From: Bryobacterales bacterium
GTDB taxonomy: Bacteria; Acidobacteriota; Terriglobia; Bryobacterales; Bryobacteraceae
DNA length: 64,000 nt
Assembly: GCA_963798295.1 (NCBI GenBank)
Contig: CAWCSV010000002.1
Coordinates: forward strand, 738,023 to 802,022
Direction of reading: 5' to 3'
Positions 27,581-37,846 of this stretch are shown in pieces. Under the pieces are notes generated by a model that was not told the origin of the DNA, searched no databases, and saw nothing but the letters and a program-made list of their open reading frames with translations. The number at the start of each line of letters is the position of its first letter. Positions within the stretch are counted from its first letter, which is position 1. A program made the position numbers and the translations under genes.

Positions 27581-29470
27581 TCATCGTGTTACCGCGAGCG
27601 CGGCTCTGGGCGCCGCTTGCCGCTCGAATCGAAGCCAGTTCTCGAGCACGATGAGGTACCACAGTTGACGGGGAGCATGCCTGCTCTGGACCGCATGCTT
27701 CCAAGCGGCGGGCAAGGCTCCCTTGTTCAGCCATCCTTCCGACTCGAGCAAAGAATCGGATTGCACCAGGTTTGAGACCTGGCGTTTCCAAGGACCGATC
27801 AGCCAACGTTCCGCCGGCACGGTAAAACCGCGCTTCGGGCGGCGGCTCAAATCCTGGCCGATGTGCTTGCGAACCAAGGCCCTCAAAATAGCCTTCTGTT
27901 GGCCGCCCCGTAAACGAGTTCGATAGGGCAACGAAGCCGCCAGTTCCCAAAGGCGGTGATCCAAGAATGGGGACCGCGCTTCGAGGGCGTGGTGCATGGT
28001 GGAACTGTCGATTTTGGGCAAGTATTCGGAAAGGAATCGAGTTCTGCGCTCATATTTGAGATATTCCGTGAGCAGCCGCCGCGCGGAATCGAGCGATAGC
28101 GGGACGCCGCGATGCAAGCGAGCAAGATTCTGAAGGCGGGCGCCCAAAAGCTGATGATCCCGATAATACGGCAGGCCGTCGGCCACGCGAAGAATCGCTC
28201 CCATGCCGCCGGTGGCGAAATCGGTGAAGTGCATGACACGCCGCAGCGGAGGACAGGGGCTTACCGCGGGTCTTATGAGAGGCCAAACAGCGGCGGCTGA
28301 GCGGGGGATGGCACGGGCGATTTCTTGCGCCCGCCAACAATGACTGTGCCGCGGATATCCCAGAAAAACGTCGTCGCCGCCGTCACCGGTGAGCAGGACC
28401 TTGATCAAGGGCTGGAGGACTTTCGAGATTTCGAGCATCGCCAGGGAGGATGAGCAGGCAAAAGGCTCATCATGCGCCAAGGTCAAGGCGTCCAGCTCCG
28501 GGCCTTCCGATGCGGATACTTCCACCACTTCATGCGGGATGCCCAAAGCGCGAGCGGTTTGCCGCGCGAGGCCCGATTCATCGGATGGATCGCCGGGAAT
28601 ACAAGCCGTGTAGGCTTTGATGCCGCCCTTCAACTTGGTCACGGCCCAGCAGACCAAAGCGGAGTCGATACCGCCGCTGAGCAGCGCGCCTACCGGCACA
28701 TCGGCAAAAAGGCGCACTTGGACCGATTCCAGCAGCGCGTCCTCGGTTTGCTGGACGGCCTCCTCGAAGCGAATGGAGCCGGCGGCGACCGCATCGGGAG
28801 GACGCCAATACTCCCGCTGTGAGATGCGGCCATCGCGCCATTCCAGGATGGCGGCCGGGGGCAGCTTCGAAATCTCTTTGTAAATGCTGCGGTCACTGGT
28901 TACCGAGCCGTGGTCGAGAAAATCGAGCACCGAAGCAGCGTCGATTTCACCGGCGAAACTAGCGTCCCGCAGAGCGCGGGAGGTGGAAGCAAATACCAGG
29001 CTGCGATTGCGGATAGCGTAAACCAACGGCTTCACTCCAAGCCGATCGCGAACCAGCGTCAGAGTGCGGCGGGGATTGTCCCAGATGGCGATCGCAAACA
29101 TCCCGCGCAGACGGGGGAGCAGCGCATCGATCCCCCACACCCGGTAACCATGCAGCAGAACCTCGGTGTCGCAGCGAGAATGGAAACGGCAACCTTTGGA
29201 TTCAAGCTCCGCGCGAATGTCGAGGAAGTTGTAGATCGCGCCGTTAAACACCACACCGATTTCTCCGTCAGCGGAACGCATGGGCTGCCTGGCTGCATCG
29301 CTGAGGTCGAAGATGGACAGACGCCGATGCCCAAGCACGGCGGTAGGCCAGCACTCCATACCCTGGCCATCCGGGCCGCGCCGAGCCAGCGAACGGACCA
29401 TGCGATCGACCAGTCCGCTGCTCCCGGGCGGCAGCCTGTCAGCAGCGACGTAACCGGCTAGGCCACACAT
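27581..29470 (-). CDS. asnB: asparagine synthase (glutamine-hydrolysing) family amidotransferase
   Basis: N-terminal MCGLAGYV (Ntn Cys2), HRRLSIFD, FNGAIYNF. Synthetase motif LLSGGIDSALV. Confidence 0.9.
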   Translation of the reverse strand: MCGLAGYVAADRLPPGSSGLVDRMVRSLARRGPDGQGMECWPTAVLGHRRLSIFDLSDAARQPMRSADGEIGVVFNGAIYNFLDIRAELESKGCRFHSRCDTEVLLHGYRVWGIDALLPRLRGMFAIAIWDNPRRTLTLVRDRLGVKPLVYAIRNRSLVFASTSRALRDASFAGEIDAASVLDFLDHGSVTSDRSIYKEISKLPPAAILEWRDGRISQREYWRPPDAVAAGSIRFEEAVQQTEDALLESVQVRLFADVPVGALLSGGIDSALVCWAVTKLKGGIKAYTACIPGDPSDESGLARQTARALGIPHEVVEVSASEGPELDALTLAHDEPFACSSSLAMLEISKVLQPLIKVLLTGDGGDDVFLGYPRHSHCWRAQEIARAIPRSAAAVWPLIRPAVSPCPPLRRVMHFTDFATGGMGAILRVADGLPYYRDHQLLGARLQNLARLHRGVPLSLDSARRLLTEYLKYERRTRFLSEYLPKIDSSTMHHALEARSPFLDHRLWELAASLPYRTRLRGGQQKAILRALVRKHIGQDLSRRPKRGFTVPAERWLIGPWKRQVSNLVQSDSLLESEGWLNKGALPAAWKHAVQSRHAPRQLWYLIVLENWLRFERQAAPRAALAVTR

Positions 29471-29474
29471 GAAT

Positions 29475-30692
29475 TCATTCCTCGGACCGCGACGTTCTTC
29501 TCAACTGCTGCCGCACCTGCAGGAGCGCCTGGTCGGTTCGCGCCTCCCAACTGAGGTCCGCCACGGCGCGCATGCTGGCAAGCTCCCGATCGGGCGACTG
29601 CTGGGACAGAGCCTTTTCAATTTGCTCGACAAAAGTTTTGGAGTCGTTCGCCACCGCAACGTATTTGGAAAAATGCTCCACTTCAGGCATCCAAGTGGAA
29701 ACGACGGGTTTTCCGGTGGCCAGGTACTCTTTCAATTTGAGCGGATTGACGCTCATGACCAGACGGTTGCGGCGGAACGGAATGATGGCTACGTCGAAGG
29801 CTCGAGCCCAGTCCGGCAGCGAATGGTAGGGTTGCGGCCCCACAAGGGTTACGTTGGGCGCGGATGCCAGAAAATCGATGTTGACGGCCACCCGCCCGAT
29901 TAGAAGAAAGGTCCAGTCCGGTTTGGCGCGGATGGCTTCGGCCAGCAGTTCGGAATCGAACCACGCATCGATCAATCCGAAAAATCCAATGATCGGATGG
30001 CGCAACGCGGCAGCGCCGGGTGCGATCGGAAGCGACCGGTCGGCGGCCTTCTGGAACAGCTCGAAATCAACTCCGTGCGGGCTGTACGACGCGGTCGGGT
30101 TCTGATCCTTTTTCAAGTCCAACAGATGACTGGCGCTGACAAACAGCTGACCGGCCTTGGCGGTAAGCTCGCGGTCCATTTGCGCGATGGCTTGCCCATT
30201 GATATCCGGCATCGCGGCGAAATCGTCGACGCAATAATAAACCACGAACCGTTCTCCAAGCTGGCCGGCGAGATGTTGCACGTGTGGCGTCATGAACCAC
30301 AAAATCGGCAAGCGCATACCGGCGCGCCGCATAGCCCAGCGGCACGAAACGCCTCCTAAAGCCGCATTCAAGCGCCGCACCCAGCGCAGGCCGTGAAACG
30401 GAATCTGAGGCAACGTCAAGTGCCACATCCGTTCCGACAAGCGGCGCGGTCCCCGAAGCACGAGAATCAGTTTCCGAAAGATTTTCTTCAAATCACGCCG
30501 GGTGGCTTGCGGGGTGCGAAATCCGGGCGCTTCCACATACAGAACCGGATACTTTTGGGAAAGGCAGCGGGCCAGGTGATGACTGCTGGTGCGGTTTTCG
30601 GCGAACCAGTCATTGCCAAAATAGACGAAGCACAAGTCCGTGTCGGACGCTGCGCGGAGTTGATCCGGTATCTTGGTAGCTTGCGAGCTCAT
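29475..30692 (-). CDS. glycosyltransferase (GT-B, TuaH-like; paralog of 46122..47318)
   Basis: Internal ATG at 30692 overlaps the stop of the upstream gene (ATGA). FVYFGNDWFAENRTSSHHLARCL...SPHGVDFELF...NPLKLKEYLATGKPVVS. Confidence 0.75.
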   Translation of the reverse strand: MSSQATKIPDQLRAASDTDLCFVYFGNDWFAENRTSSHHLARCLSQKYPVLYVEAPGFRTPQATRRDLKKIFRKLILVLRGPRRLSERMWHLTLPQIPFHGLRWVRRLNAALGGVSCRWAMRRAGMRLPILWFMTPHVQHLAGQLGERFVVYYCVDDFAAMPDINGQAIAQMDRELTAKAGQLFVSASHLLDLKKDQNPTASYSPHGVDFELFQKAADRSLPIAPGAAALRHPIIGFFGLIDAWFDSELLAEAIRAKPDWTFLLIGRVAVNIDFLASAPNVTLVGPQPYHSLPDWARAFDVAIIPFRRNRLVMSVNPLKLKEYLATGKPVVSTWMPEVEHFSKYVAVANDSKTFVEQIEKALSQQSPDRELASMRAVADLSWEARTDQALLQVRQQLRRTSRSEE

Positions 30693-31879
30693 TTTGTAAT
30701 GCAGGCCGAGCCCGAGCCGTCCTTTTTCTGGTCCATTACCCATTCGCAAACGTCGTAAGTCTCCCTGGCCACCCGATCCCAGCCGCGCCCGTTGGCGCGT
30801 GCGATCGCGCGCCGATCCCAGCGCCGGGATGTAATGGTCCGCAGACCCTCGGCGATTTCCTGCGGCTGCCGGTTCTGGATCAGAATCCCGCAATCATCGT
30901 GCACCAGGTCAGGAACTCCGCCTACTGCCGTGGCCAAAACCGGGGTTCCAACGCTGAGGGCCTCCAGCACGACATTTGGACATCCCTCTGTTTCGCTGGG
31001 CAGGCAGAGAACATCGGCGGCTTTCATCCAATCGGCGACTTCGGCCGGGCGCTTTGGCCCCAGCAGAAAAACCTGGCCGTTCAAGCCCAGCCGCGCGATT
31101 TGGCGTTCGATTGCGCCGCGAAGGTAACCTTCTCCGATCACGGCCAGACGCCAGCGGCCGGGATCGCGCTGCTGTAGCATGCCGAGGGCCTGGACTAATT
31201 GAGAAATGCCTTTCAATTCCGATAGCCATCCAACAAATACGGCCAAGTGGCAGCCCGCGGGAATGCGGAGCCGCTCGCGAGTTGCGTCCGTGGCATGGCA
31301 ATCAAAAACAGTTCGATCGACGCCGTTCGGAATGGTGAGAACCTTCTCGCCGGCGGCGCCCAGGGCAGTCGCTCTTCGAGCCAAGTCTTGGCTCACGCAC
31401 AGCACGGCGTCGGCTTGCTCCATCGCCAGGCGGATTTGATTTCGCAGCATCGGATTCCTGTGGGGCTTTGCCAAATCGCTCCCGCGCGTCCCTAACACCA
31501 CGGGGATTCCAAGCGCCCTGGCCAGTCTCACGGCCGCGTAGCCTTCCGGGTGAATCCAATAGCACAACAGCAGGTCGAGCGAAGCGGCGCGCAACGTTGG
31601 CGTCAAACGACGATGAATTGCATGTGCATTCCAGCAGCGAGTGGCCCAGGGCACGGCGAAGTAATGGACCATCTGGGCTGGAACGCCGTACTGGAAAGCG
31701 TCGACAGGCTCATGGTGATAACGGAAACTTCGGCGGCGGCCAAATTTCGGATAGGGATGAACGCAGTACGCGGAGACGGAGGCGTGAGCTGTCAGAGCGC
31801 GTAGCGTGTTCCAAATGGCGGCTCCGCGGTAGGGTTCCCTGCGCGTCGGGAACAGCGGGGTAATGACTCCAATGTGCAT
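30689..31879 (-). CDS. glycosyltransferase family 4 (paralog of 49506..50693)
   Basis: Internal start MHIGVITPLFP at 31879. HPEGYAAV, VFVGWLSELKG, CLPSETEGCPNVVLEALSVGTPVLATAVGGVPDLV. Confidence 0.85.
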   Translation of the reverse strand: MHIGVITPLFPTRREPYRGAAIWNTLRALTAHASVSAYCVHPYPKFGRRRSFRYHHEPVDAFQYGVPAQMVHYFAVPWATRCWNAHAIHRRLTPTLRAASLDLLLCYWIHPEGYAAVRLARALGIPVVLGTRGSDLAKPHRNPMLRNQIRLAMEQADAVLCVSQDLARRATALGAAGEKVLTIPNGVDRTVFDCHATDATRERLRIPAGCHLAVFVGWLSELKGISQLVQALGMLQQRDPGRWRLAVIGEGYLRGAIERQIARLGLNGQVFLLGPKRPAEVADWMKAADVLCLPSETEGCPNVVLEALSVGTPVLATAVGGVPDLVHDDCGILIQNRQPQEIAEGLRTITSRRWDRRAIARANGRGWDRVARETYDVCEWVMDQKKDGSGSACITK

Positions 31880-31889
31880 GTGCTGGAAG

Positions 31890-32192
31890 CTACTTTCGGG
31901 GGGCGGAGAACCGGCACAAACGCGTAGAGATAGTAAAGCAGCACCAGGCCCATGCGGGAGTAAGGCATCCGTACACCTTGCGATGCTTCCACACGATGCG
32001 CAAAGCCGACCTGGCATTACTTTTTTGCCCCGTAAACGATACCCCGCTGCTCCACAGCGTGTAGCAGGTGAATAGCCCGGCGAAGTTGTGAAGCTTTCCC
32101 ATCCGCCCAAGCTTCAACCAGATGTCCCAGTCCGGAAGGCCGCCCAGCGCGTCATCGTAAAGAACGGGACGTCCGCCGCCCGCCGACTCCAT
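31890..32192 (-). pseudogene. C-terminal remnant of a GT2 gene (paralog of 47430..48374)
   Basis: YDDALGGLPDWDIWLKLGRMGKLHNFAGLFTCYTLWSSGVSFTGQKSNARSALRIVWKHRKVY aligns by eye with FDESLAGYQDWDMWLRFGRLGKLYNFPEIFTRYTLWSGGGSFQQQRKNVRSAVKIVFRHRTGY. No catalytic N-terminal half lies upstream. Confidence 0.6.
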
Positions 32193-32343
32193 TTATCCAG
32201 CCGCCGCCCGGCAGCTTCCTCCTTTGGTCAAAAACTGGACGATTTTTCATTCTCCATTCGCCGCGCTGGCTTTCCCGGTGAATCGCCGCGGAGCCCTCTA
32301 GCGGTCCCGGGCCTCAGCGTGCGTAGGCCATCCCGTGGCAAGA

Positions 32344-33408
32344 TCAGGCAGAAACGGCGCCGCTGCCACGCGTTGCGGCTGCCACGGGTTCCGCTCCCTT
32401 CCAGATCGCGACAATGGCCTGATACATCTGCCAGGCCGAGACGTAGTGCAACTGAATTTCACGCTCGTGGCAGGCCGCCTGGACAGCCCCGAAAAGTTCC
32501 GCCAAATCGTCATTTAATAAGAAACGAGAATGTCGCTCCTGGACGCCGTGCGTGAAGAGCTTGATGAAAGTGTGCTCGCCCAGACGAGGCGCGATTTCGA
32601 GCCACCGCTTCACTCGATACGCGGTTGGCCTGTCGTACCCGGCGAGTTCGCCCATTTCCACACGCGGGACCAAGCGCTCCCGCCAGCGGAGGCCCAGTGG
32701 GCCAGGGATCATCAGCAAATCTCCCGCGGGCCCGTGCGGCTCCAGCGGACGCCCGGTATCGTACGATTTGGGACGGTTCGGAACGTCCGTCGCCCAGTAG
32801 ATTGTGTTCGTTGATCGGCTCTGGGAGGGCGAGGGCCCGGAAGGCATGGTGAAGTCCGCGTAGCAGCCCAGATCGCGCAGCAAAGTGATTTCGTTGTCCA
32901 GCCCGCAGAATTTCCCATGCGGGAGGGAGTTATCCAGCGCCCAGTTGCCATGTATGAAACCGAACTGGATGGTTCCTTTTTCCTTGCGAAGCAACCCGTG
33001 GCGCGTGAATAGTTTTTCGGTAAATCCGCTGATCCGATCGGCGAAGTCCTGTTGTCCTTCGCCATCGTGATGCAGGTGCACTTCAACATCGGCGATCTGG
33101 AGCGCCGCCATTTCCGCGAGGGAGTCAAGGAATTCCGGGCGGTAATGTTCGTCGGCGTAGAAGAACGTGTAAACGGGCGGACGACCCGTCGAATCGGCAT
33201 ACTGAGTTGCGATCCGCGGATAGGTTCGCCGCCAGAGGGCGACTCGCTCGGACGCCAGATCGGCGGTTGCGTTGCCCCAAAACGGCTCGAAATGGTCGGC
33301 GATAACAAGCCACACGTGTCTGCATGGGGTTGGCGCGAGCCGCCGCTCCCAACGGCTCCGCACATAAGACGGCAGCCAGTGTTCGGCATAACGGGGAAGG
33401 TGAAACAT
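32344..33408 (-). CDS. conserved hypothetical protein (possible metal-dependent carbohydrate esterase/hydrolase; speculative)
   Basis: 354 aa ORF with clean composition. His/Asp-rich motifs VIADHFEPFW, VEVHLHHDGEG, GFIHGNWALDN. No signal peptide seen. Confidence 0.5.
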   Translation of the reverse strand: MFHLPRYAEHWLPSYVRSRWERRLAPTPCRHVWLVIADHFEPFWGNATADLASERVALWRRTYPRIATQYADSTGRPPVYTFFYADEHYRPEFLDSLAEMAALQIADVEVHLHHDGEGQQDFADRISGFTEKLFTRHGLLRKEKGTIQFGFIHGNWALDNSLPHGKFCGLDNEITLLRDLGCYADFTMPSGPSPSQSRSTNTIYWATDVPNRPKSYDTGRPLEPHGPAGDLLMIPGPLGLRWRERLVPRVEMGELAGYDRPTAYRVKRWLEIAPRLGEHTFIKLFTHGVQERHSRFLLNDDLAELFGAVQAACHEREIQLHYVSAWQMYQAIVAIWKGAEPVAAATRGSGAVSA

Positions 33409-33606
33409 TTGCGAAAGTAACGGAGCGGATGTGGGTCTGACGGAGGTGACTTACTTGGCTCGCGACGGATCAGCGCTCATTTCGGACATGGCTTCGCCTG
33501 TCCCACTTACAAACAACAACTCCTGAATTGCCGAAACATGCAACCAACATCCAACGATTCCGTTCATTCAGGCTCGATCGCCGGTCAACGTCTTCGGCGG
33601 CGTCCT

Positions 33607-34995
33607 TCACCTCCCGCGTCCAAACAGCACCACCCGAATGGTTCGAAAGATGATGGCGACATCAAATGCATTGGACAAGCTTCTCAAGTAGAACAAATCG
33701 TATTCAAGCTTTCGGATGGCGTCTTCGACGCTTGATCCGTAGGGGTACTGAACCTGCGCCCATCCTGTTACGCCCGGCCGGACTGAATGACGCTCGTCAT
33801 AGAACGGAATGACCTCGCGCAGTCGCTGGACAAAGACCGGCCGTTCGGGGCGCGGCCCAACCAGACTCATTTCTCCGCGAATCACGTTAAAAAACTGGGG
33901 AAATTCGTCCAGGCGGTATTTTCGAAGCAACTGACCGACACGGGTCATGCGAGGATCGCCCTGTTGCGCCCATTGAGCGCCATGTTCGGCTTCGGCGTTG
34001 AGCTGCATGGAGCGAAACTTAACGAGCTCAAAGGTTCTTCCGCCGAGGCCCACTCGTACCTGGCGGTAAAGAATGGGGCCCGGCGAGTCCAGCCAGATGG
34101 CGAGCGCGATCAAACACATGAACGGAAAAAACAGGATAAGTCCAAGGACGCTCAAGCTCAAATCCATTGCGCGTTTAATGACGCGTGCGCTGTTTGAGCG
34201 CCGGAAGCCGGTGGAAAATACAAACCAGCTCGGCCGCGTGGTCTGAAGCCAAACCCGTCCGGTTAGGGCTGCCAGCGCGGACTGGGCATCTTCCACCTCA
34301 ACTCCGCGGATTCTCAACCACACCAATTCGCGGATCGGCAGTACATTTCTCAACTCGTCCAGTGCGACGATGATCCGGGTCACGTGCCGATCGTCCACAA
34401 CGGATCGCAATTTATCCTTGCCGGGGAAAATCGGATATCCGAACAAATCGGGTGAAGCGGAGTCGGTAGGGGCAAGAAATCCAACCAGTGTCATTTTCAG
34501 GTCGGACCGGCGCTCCAGCTCGCGGGCCGTAGCGACGGCCGTCGCGCCATTGCCGAGAATGAGAACGTTCTTTTCGCGAGTTGTTGCGTGCCAAAACAAA
34601 TCCAGGCCCGCGCGCATAGCGACAATTGTTCCGGCCGCTACAGCGAGGGTTAACAGCAGCATTCCGGGGCCGAGTAAGGCATTCGGAAACACATAATACA
34701 GCAGGCACATCAGGAAGTAACCGACGCCCAGCGCCTGCACCAGACGAACAGGCTGGTCACCCCCTAAAGGGCCGGCGTCCAGCCTGTAATAATGCCGGCA
34801 TCCCTGGATGACCAGGAAAACGGTTAGAACTTGCAGCAGAAATACCCAGGACGATGCATAGTGAAGGAACTGAAGGTGCTGATTGCCAAACCGCAGCTTC
34901 GCTTCGAAAACCACGGACATTACAATGATCAGGCTTTCGAAAAACACCAGGATGATATGCTTCACCGAGACGTATTGGTTAAAGACACTAATCAT
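33607..34995 (-). CDS. polyprenyl-phosphate glycosyl-1-phosphate transferase (WbaP/EPS priming enzyme type)
   Basis: N-terminal TM helices and a central Rossmann-like region (VLILGNGATAV). C-terminal sugar transferase domain KRAMDLSLSVLGLILFFP...PGPILYRQVRVG...FELVKFRSM...DEFPQFFNVIRGEMSLVGPRPERP. Confidence 0.9.
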   Translation of the reverse strand: MISVFNQYVSVKHIILVFFESLIIVMSVVFEAKLRFGNQHLQFLHYASSWVFLLQVLTVFLVIQGCRHYYRLDAGPLGGDQPVRLVQALGVGYFLMCLLYYVFPNALLGPGMLLLTLAVAAGTIVAMRAGLDLFWHATTREKNVLILGNGATAVATARELERRSDLKMTLVGFLAPTDSASPDLFGYPIFPGKDKLRSVVDDRHVTRIIVALDELRNVLPIRELVWLRIRGVEVEDAQSALAALTGRVWLQTTRPSWFVFSTGFRRSNSARVIKRAMDLSLSVLGLILFFPFMCLIALAIWLDSPGPILYRQVRVGLGGRTFELVKFRSMQLNAEAEHGAQWAQQGDPRMTRVGQLLRKYRLDEFPQFFNVIRGEMSLVGPRPERPVFVQRLREVIPFYDERHSVRPGVTGWAQVQYPYGSSVEDAIRKLEYDLFYLRSLSNAFDVAIIFRTIRVVLFGRGR

Positions 34996-35452
34996 CTGGC
35001 CGTCGACACTGACCCTTCACCGAGATTCGGTTACAAGCTTTTTGCGCTATTAAGACAGGAAGAGAATAGCTGCTTCCACGTTGGGGTGCAAGAGACCCGC
35101 GCCACGAAAAATCCTAGAAGTACTATTCAGATCTAGGACTGATAGGCCCTTGGTTGGATGCCGATTGCCTGCGATGTCGGGCCGTGTGACCCAATGGCCC
35201 GGGCCAGGCTGAGTGGAATGGACCGCGAATCCCTTAGGTTTCATACAAATGGCATAAACCGGGGACGGGCGGACGAGCAAGCCGCCACGCCAGGGCCAGA
35301 GATACTCCACTAGTACAAAGAAACTTGCTTTCAATTGCCAAGTGGGTATTCTGTACATTACAGGCGATTTGGCATCGCTACGCGCTCGTGTGAGCTCGGA
35401 TGCGAGTTATTCGTGCGTGTGCAGTTCGGGACGCGCGCGGGACGGAACCAAT

Positions 35453-37651
35453 ATGAGTGAACGCGCGACATTGAGAACCCTTTTTCTCCTGCTCGCTCTC
35501 AGCATTCTTTCAACGGCCGCCGTGACCTACGGCACCTGGGGCCCCACGCCCGCGAAGGCGCTGTGGTTTCGCGCCTCGATATTCGTCGCCCTGCCGATCT
35601 ACGTCATCCTGTTGCTGGAATATCCCAAGCTCAGACCGGATTTGCGTAATCCCTTAAACCTTGCAGTGGTGACGTTTGCGCTGGTCAACATACTAGCGGC
35701 CCTGGCCGGAGTCAATTGGACGAATAGCTTTTGGGGCACCTATGAACGCATGGGTGGCGTTTTCCATCTGCTACATCTCACGCTACTTTACTTTTATGTA
35801 CTGACGATGGCTAACGCGGAGCCGCGCTTGCTCAAGATTCTCACCGGTCTTCTGGTCTGGATTGCCGGCCTCGCGAGCGTGTACGGAATTTGCGAGGTTC
35901 TGGGCCCGAGGTTCGTAGCGCCCGATACATTCCTGTTGCATGAACATCGGATCGCCAGTATTTATGGGAATCCGATATTTTTTGCAAGTTTTCTCATTCT
36001 GCCGATGGCTTTGACCATCGTCTGCTGGCTGCGATCTTCGACCCGGGTGTCGAAAAGCGTCTATGAGGTGCTGTTTGCGCTTCAATTCATGGCGCTCATC
36101 ATGACCGGGACGCGCGGCGCTCTGCTGGGTCTTGCGGTGGGCGGTTGTCTGGCGGGCGTCCTGATGTTGTGGAAGACCCGGATGGTGTCCCATCGTCCCA
36201 GCAAGCTTTGGTGGCTGGCTCTTCTGATCGTTTCGATCGCGCTGCCGATCATTGCCTTTCCCGAGTCAATGCCAAGTCAGGTTTTTCGACACCTCGCGCA
36301 GTTAGGAGACCCGAGCGCGAAGGCTCGTGTGATCATATGGCACGTCGCATGGCGAGGCTTCACGCACAATCCCGTTCTGGGCGTAGGTCCCGAGAATTTC
36401 TATGTGGTGTTTTATAGGTATTTTGACCGAACTCTCTACAACTACGTAGGCTATTATCAATCGTTTTTCGACAAACCTCATAACCAGGTACTGGAATTGC
36501 TGGTGACCACAGGCGCCATAGGATTTCTGGCGTATGCCGCAATTGTGATGCTGGCGGTACTGGGGCTCTGGAAAGGCTATAAGGCCGGCTCTCTTCTGTG
36601 GCCTGAATTTGTCGCCCTGGTTAGTGGAGCGGCCGCCTATCAGGTTCAGAACCTTTTCGCCTTCGATACACAAGCCGCAGTGGTAGCGTTTTACTTCTTT
36701 GTTGCCTTTGCAGGCATTCAGTGGTTTCAGAGCCTGCCACGCCGGAATGTGCAGGCCGCCAGGCGGGTTCAGGTTCCAGCCTTCGTCGTATGGGCCCTGG
36801 TCGCAGTCAGTGCTTACGGCGCCTATTCCCTATACGGCGGAGCCGCTGACGTTATGAACAAGATCAGCGAGGCCACGGATCCTAAAGACATTCCAAAGTC
36901 CATTGGGCTGTTTGATAGCGCGGCTCGATCTCCTTTTGCGTGGGATCGCCCGGAGCTTGCCAGAAGGTATGCGGACCAATTGGCGGATGCCGATCAGACT
37001 TTGGATCCAGAACAATTGAAGAGTGCTTTGGACAGCGCGACAGCTGTGATGGAGCAGACAACCAGGCAAACAGCAAACGACCCATCGCTCTGGTTGAAGC
37101 TAGCGTCTTTGTATTTGCAAAGGTCCAGGTTGGATCGGACTCCGGCCGATCCCCGCACCGGCCAGGCGATTCAGCGCGCCATGGATCTGGCTCCCAACTG
37201 GATTGAGCCGCTACTTTATCTCTCTCAATACGAAGCTTCGCGCGGGCGCTATGACGAAGCGATGCAGCTTGCCCAACGGATCGTCGAGCTAATGCCCCAA
37301 AATGGAGAGGCCAGCTGGAACCTGGCGCTGATGTACCGACTCCACAACGACCAAGACTTGGCGATCGAGACAGCCTGGAGAGCAGTGGTGCAGCGTTATC
37401 GGTTTAAATCGGGTAAGGAAGTAACGTGGCTCTCCGACTATTACTCCGACAGACAAAATTACTATCGCCTTCTGGACCTGTACGAAAAGGCCCTGCGGGT
37501 CAGACCGTACGACGTCAGCTTGTATCGAAAGCTTGCCGAGACCTACGCCAAGGTAGGCCAGAAGCAGAAAGCGATTGGGACGGCGATGGAGGGCGCTGAA
37601 CGGGATCCCTCCGACCCACAGTGGCGCGAGTTTCTTCGCTCTTTGCAGTGA
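35453..37651 (+). CDS. O-antigen ligase/Wzy-like polytopic membrane protein with C-terminal TPR repeats
   Basis: In-frame ATG inside track ORF 35342..37651. More than 10 predicted TM helices; MTGTRGALLGLAVGGCLAG (Wzy_C-type loop). C-terminal TPR-like repeats (LAPNWIEPLLYLSQYEASRGRYDEAMQLAQRIVELMPQN...). Confidence 0.8.
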   Translation: MSERATLRTLFLLLALSILSTAAVTYGTWGPTPAKALWFRASIFVALPIYVILLLEYPKLRPDLRNPLNLAVVTFALVNILAALAGVNWTNSFWGTYERMGGVFHLLHLTLLYFYVLTMANAEPRLLKILTGLLVWIAGLASVYGICEVLGPRFVAPDTFLLHEHRIASIYGNPIFFASFLILPMALTIVCWLRSSTRVSKSVYEVLFALQFMALIMTGTRGALLGLAVGGCLAGVLMLWKTRMVSHRPSKLWWLALLIVSIALPIIAFPESMPSQVFRHLAQLGDPSAKARVIIWHVAWRGFTHNPVLGVGPENFYVVFYRYFDRTLYNYVGYYQSFFDKPHNQVLELLVTTGAIGFLAYAAIVMLAVLGLWKGYKAGSLLWPEFVALVSGAAAYQVQNLFAFDTQAAVVAFYFFVAFAGIQWFQSLPRRNVQAARRVQVPAFVVWALVAVSAYGAYSLYGGAADVMNKISEATDPKDIPKSIGLFDSAARSPFAWDRPELARRYADQLADADQTLDPEQLKSALDSATAVMEQTTRQTANDPSLWLKLASLYLQRSRLDRTPADPRTGQAIQRAMDLAPNWIEPLLYLSQYEASRGRYDEAMQLAQRIVELMPQNGEASWNLALMYRLHNDQDLAIETAWRAVVQRYRFKSGKEVTWLSDYYSDRQNYYRLLDLYEKALRVRPYDVSLYRKLAETYAKVGQKQKAIGTAMEGAERDPSDPQWREFLRSLQ

Positions 37652-37846
37652 GGCGGAGGGGCCGGGACCGCGAGAAAAGTTGAACGAGGCCCTGGGGCGC
37701 ATGAAACGTCCGTGCGAAGGGCATTTCACGATTTCACTATCTGGCCGAAGCAGCGTCAAACGCGCAAGGTGTCAAAGAATCGTAAGTCATTGCGTGTATA
37801 ATCATTTCGGAGCCGAGTAAGCTTCGACCTCTTTGTAGAGGAAATA

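Noticed and set aside
33381-33396. A second parS half-site (GGTGAAACA) near the start of the 32344..33408 gene.
   Set aside because: Only the right half resembles parS and the left half does not match. It is therefore not a palindromic ParB site.
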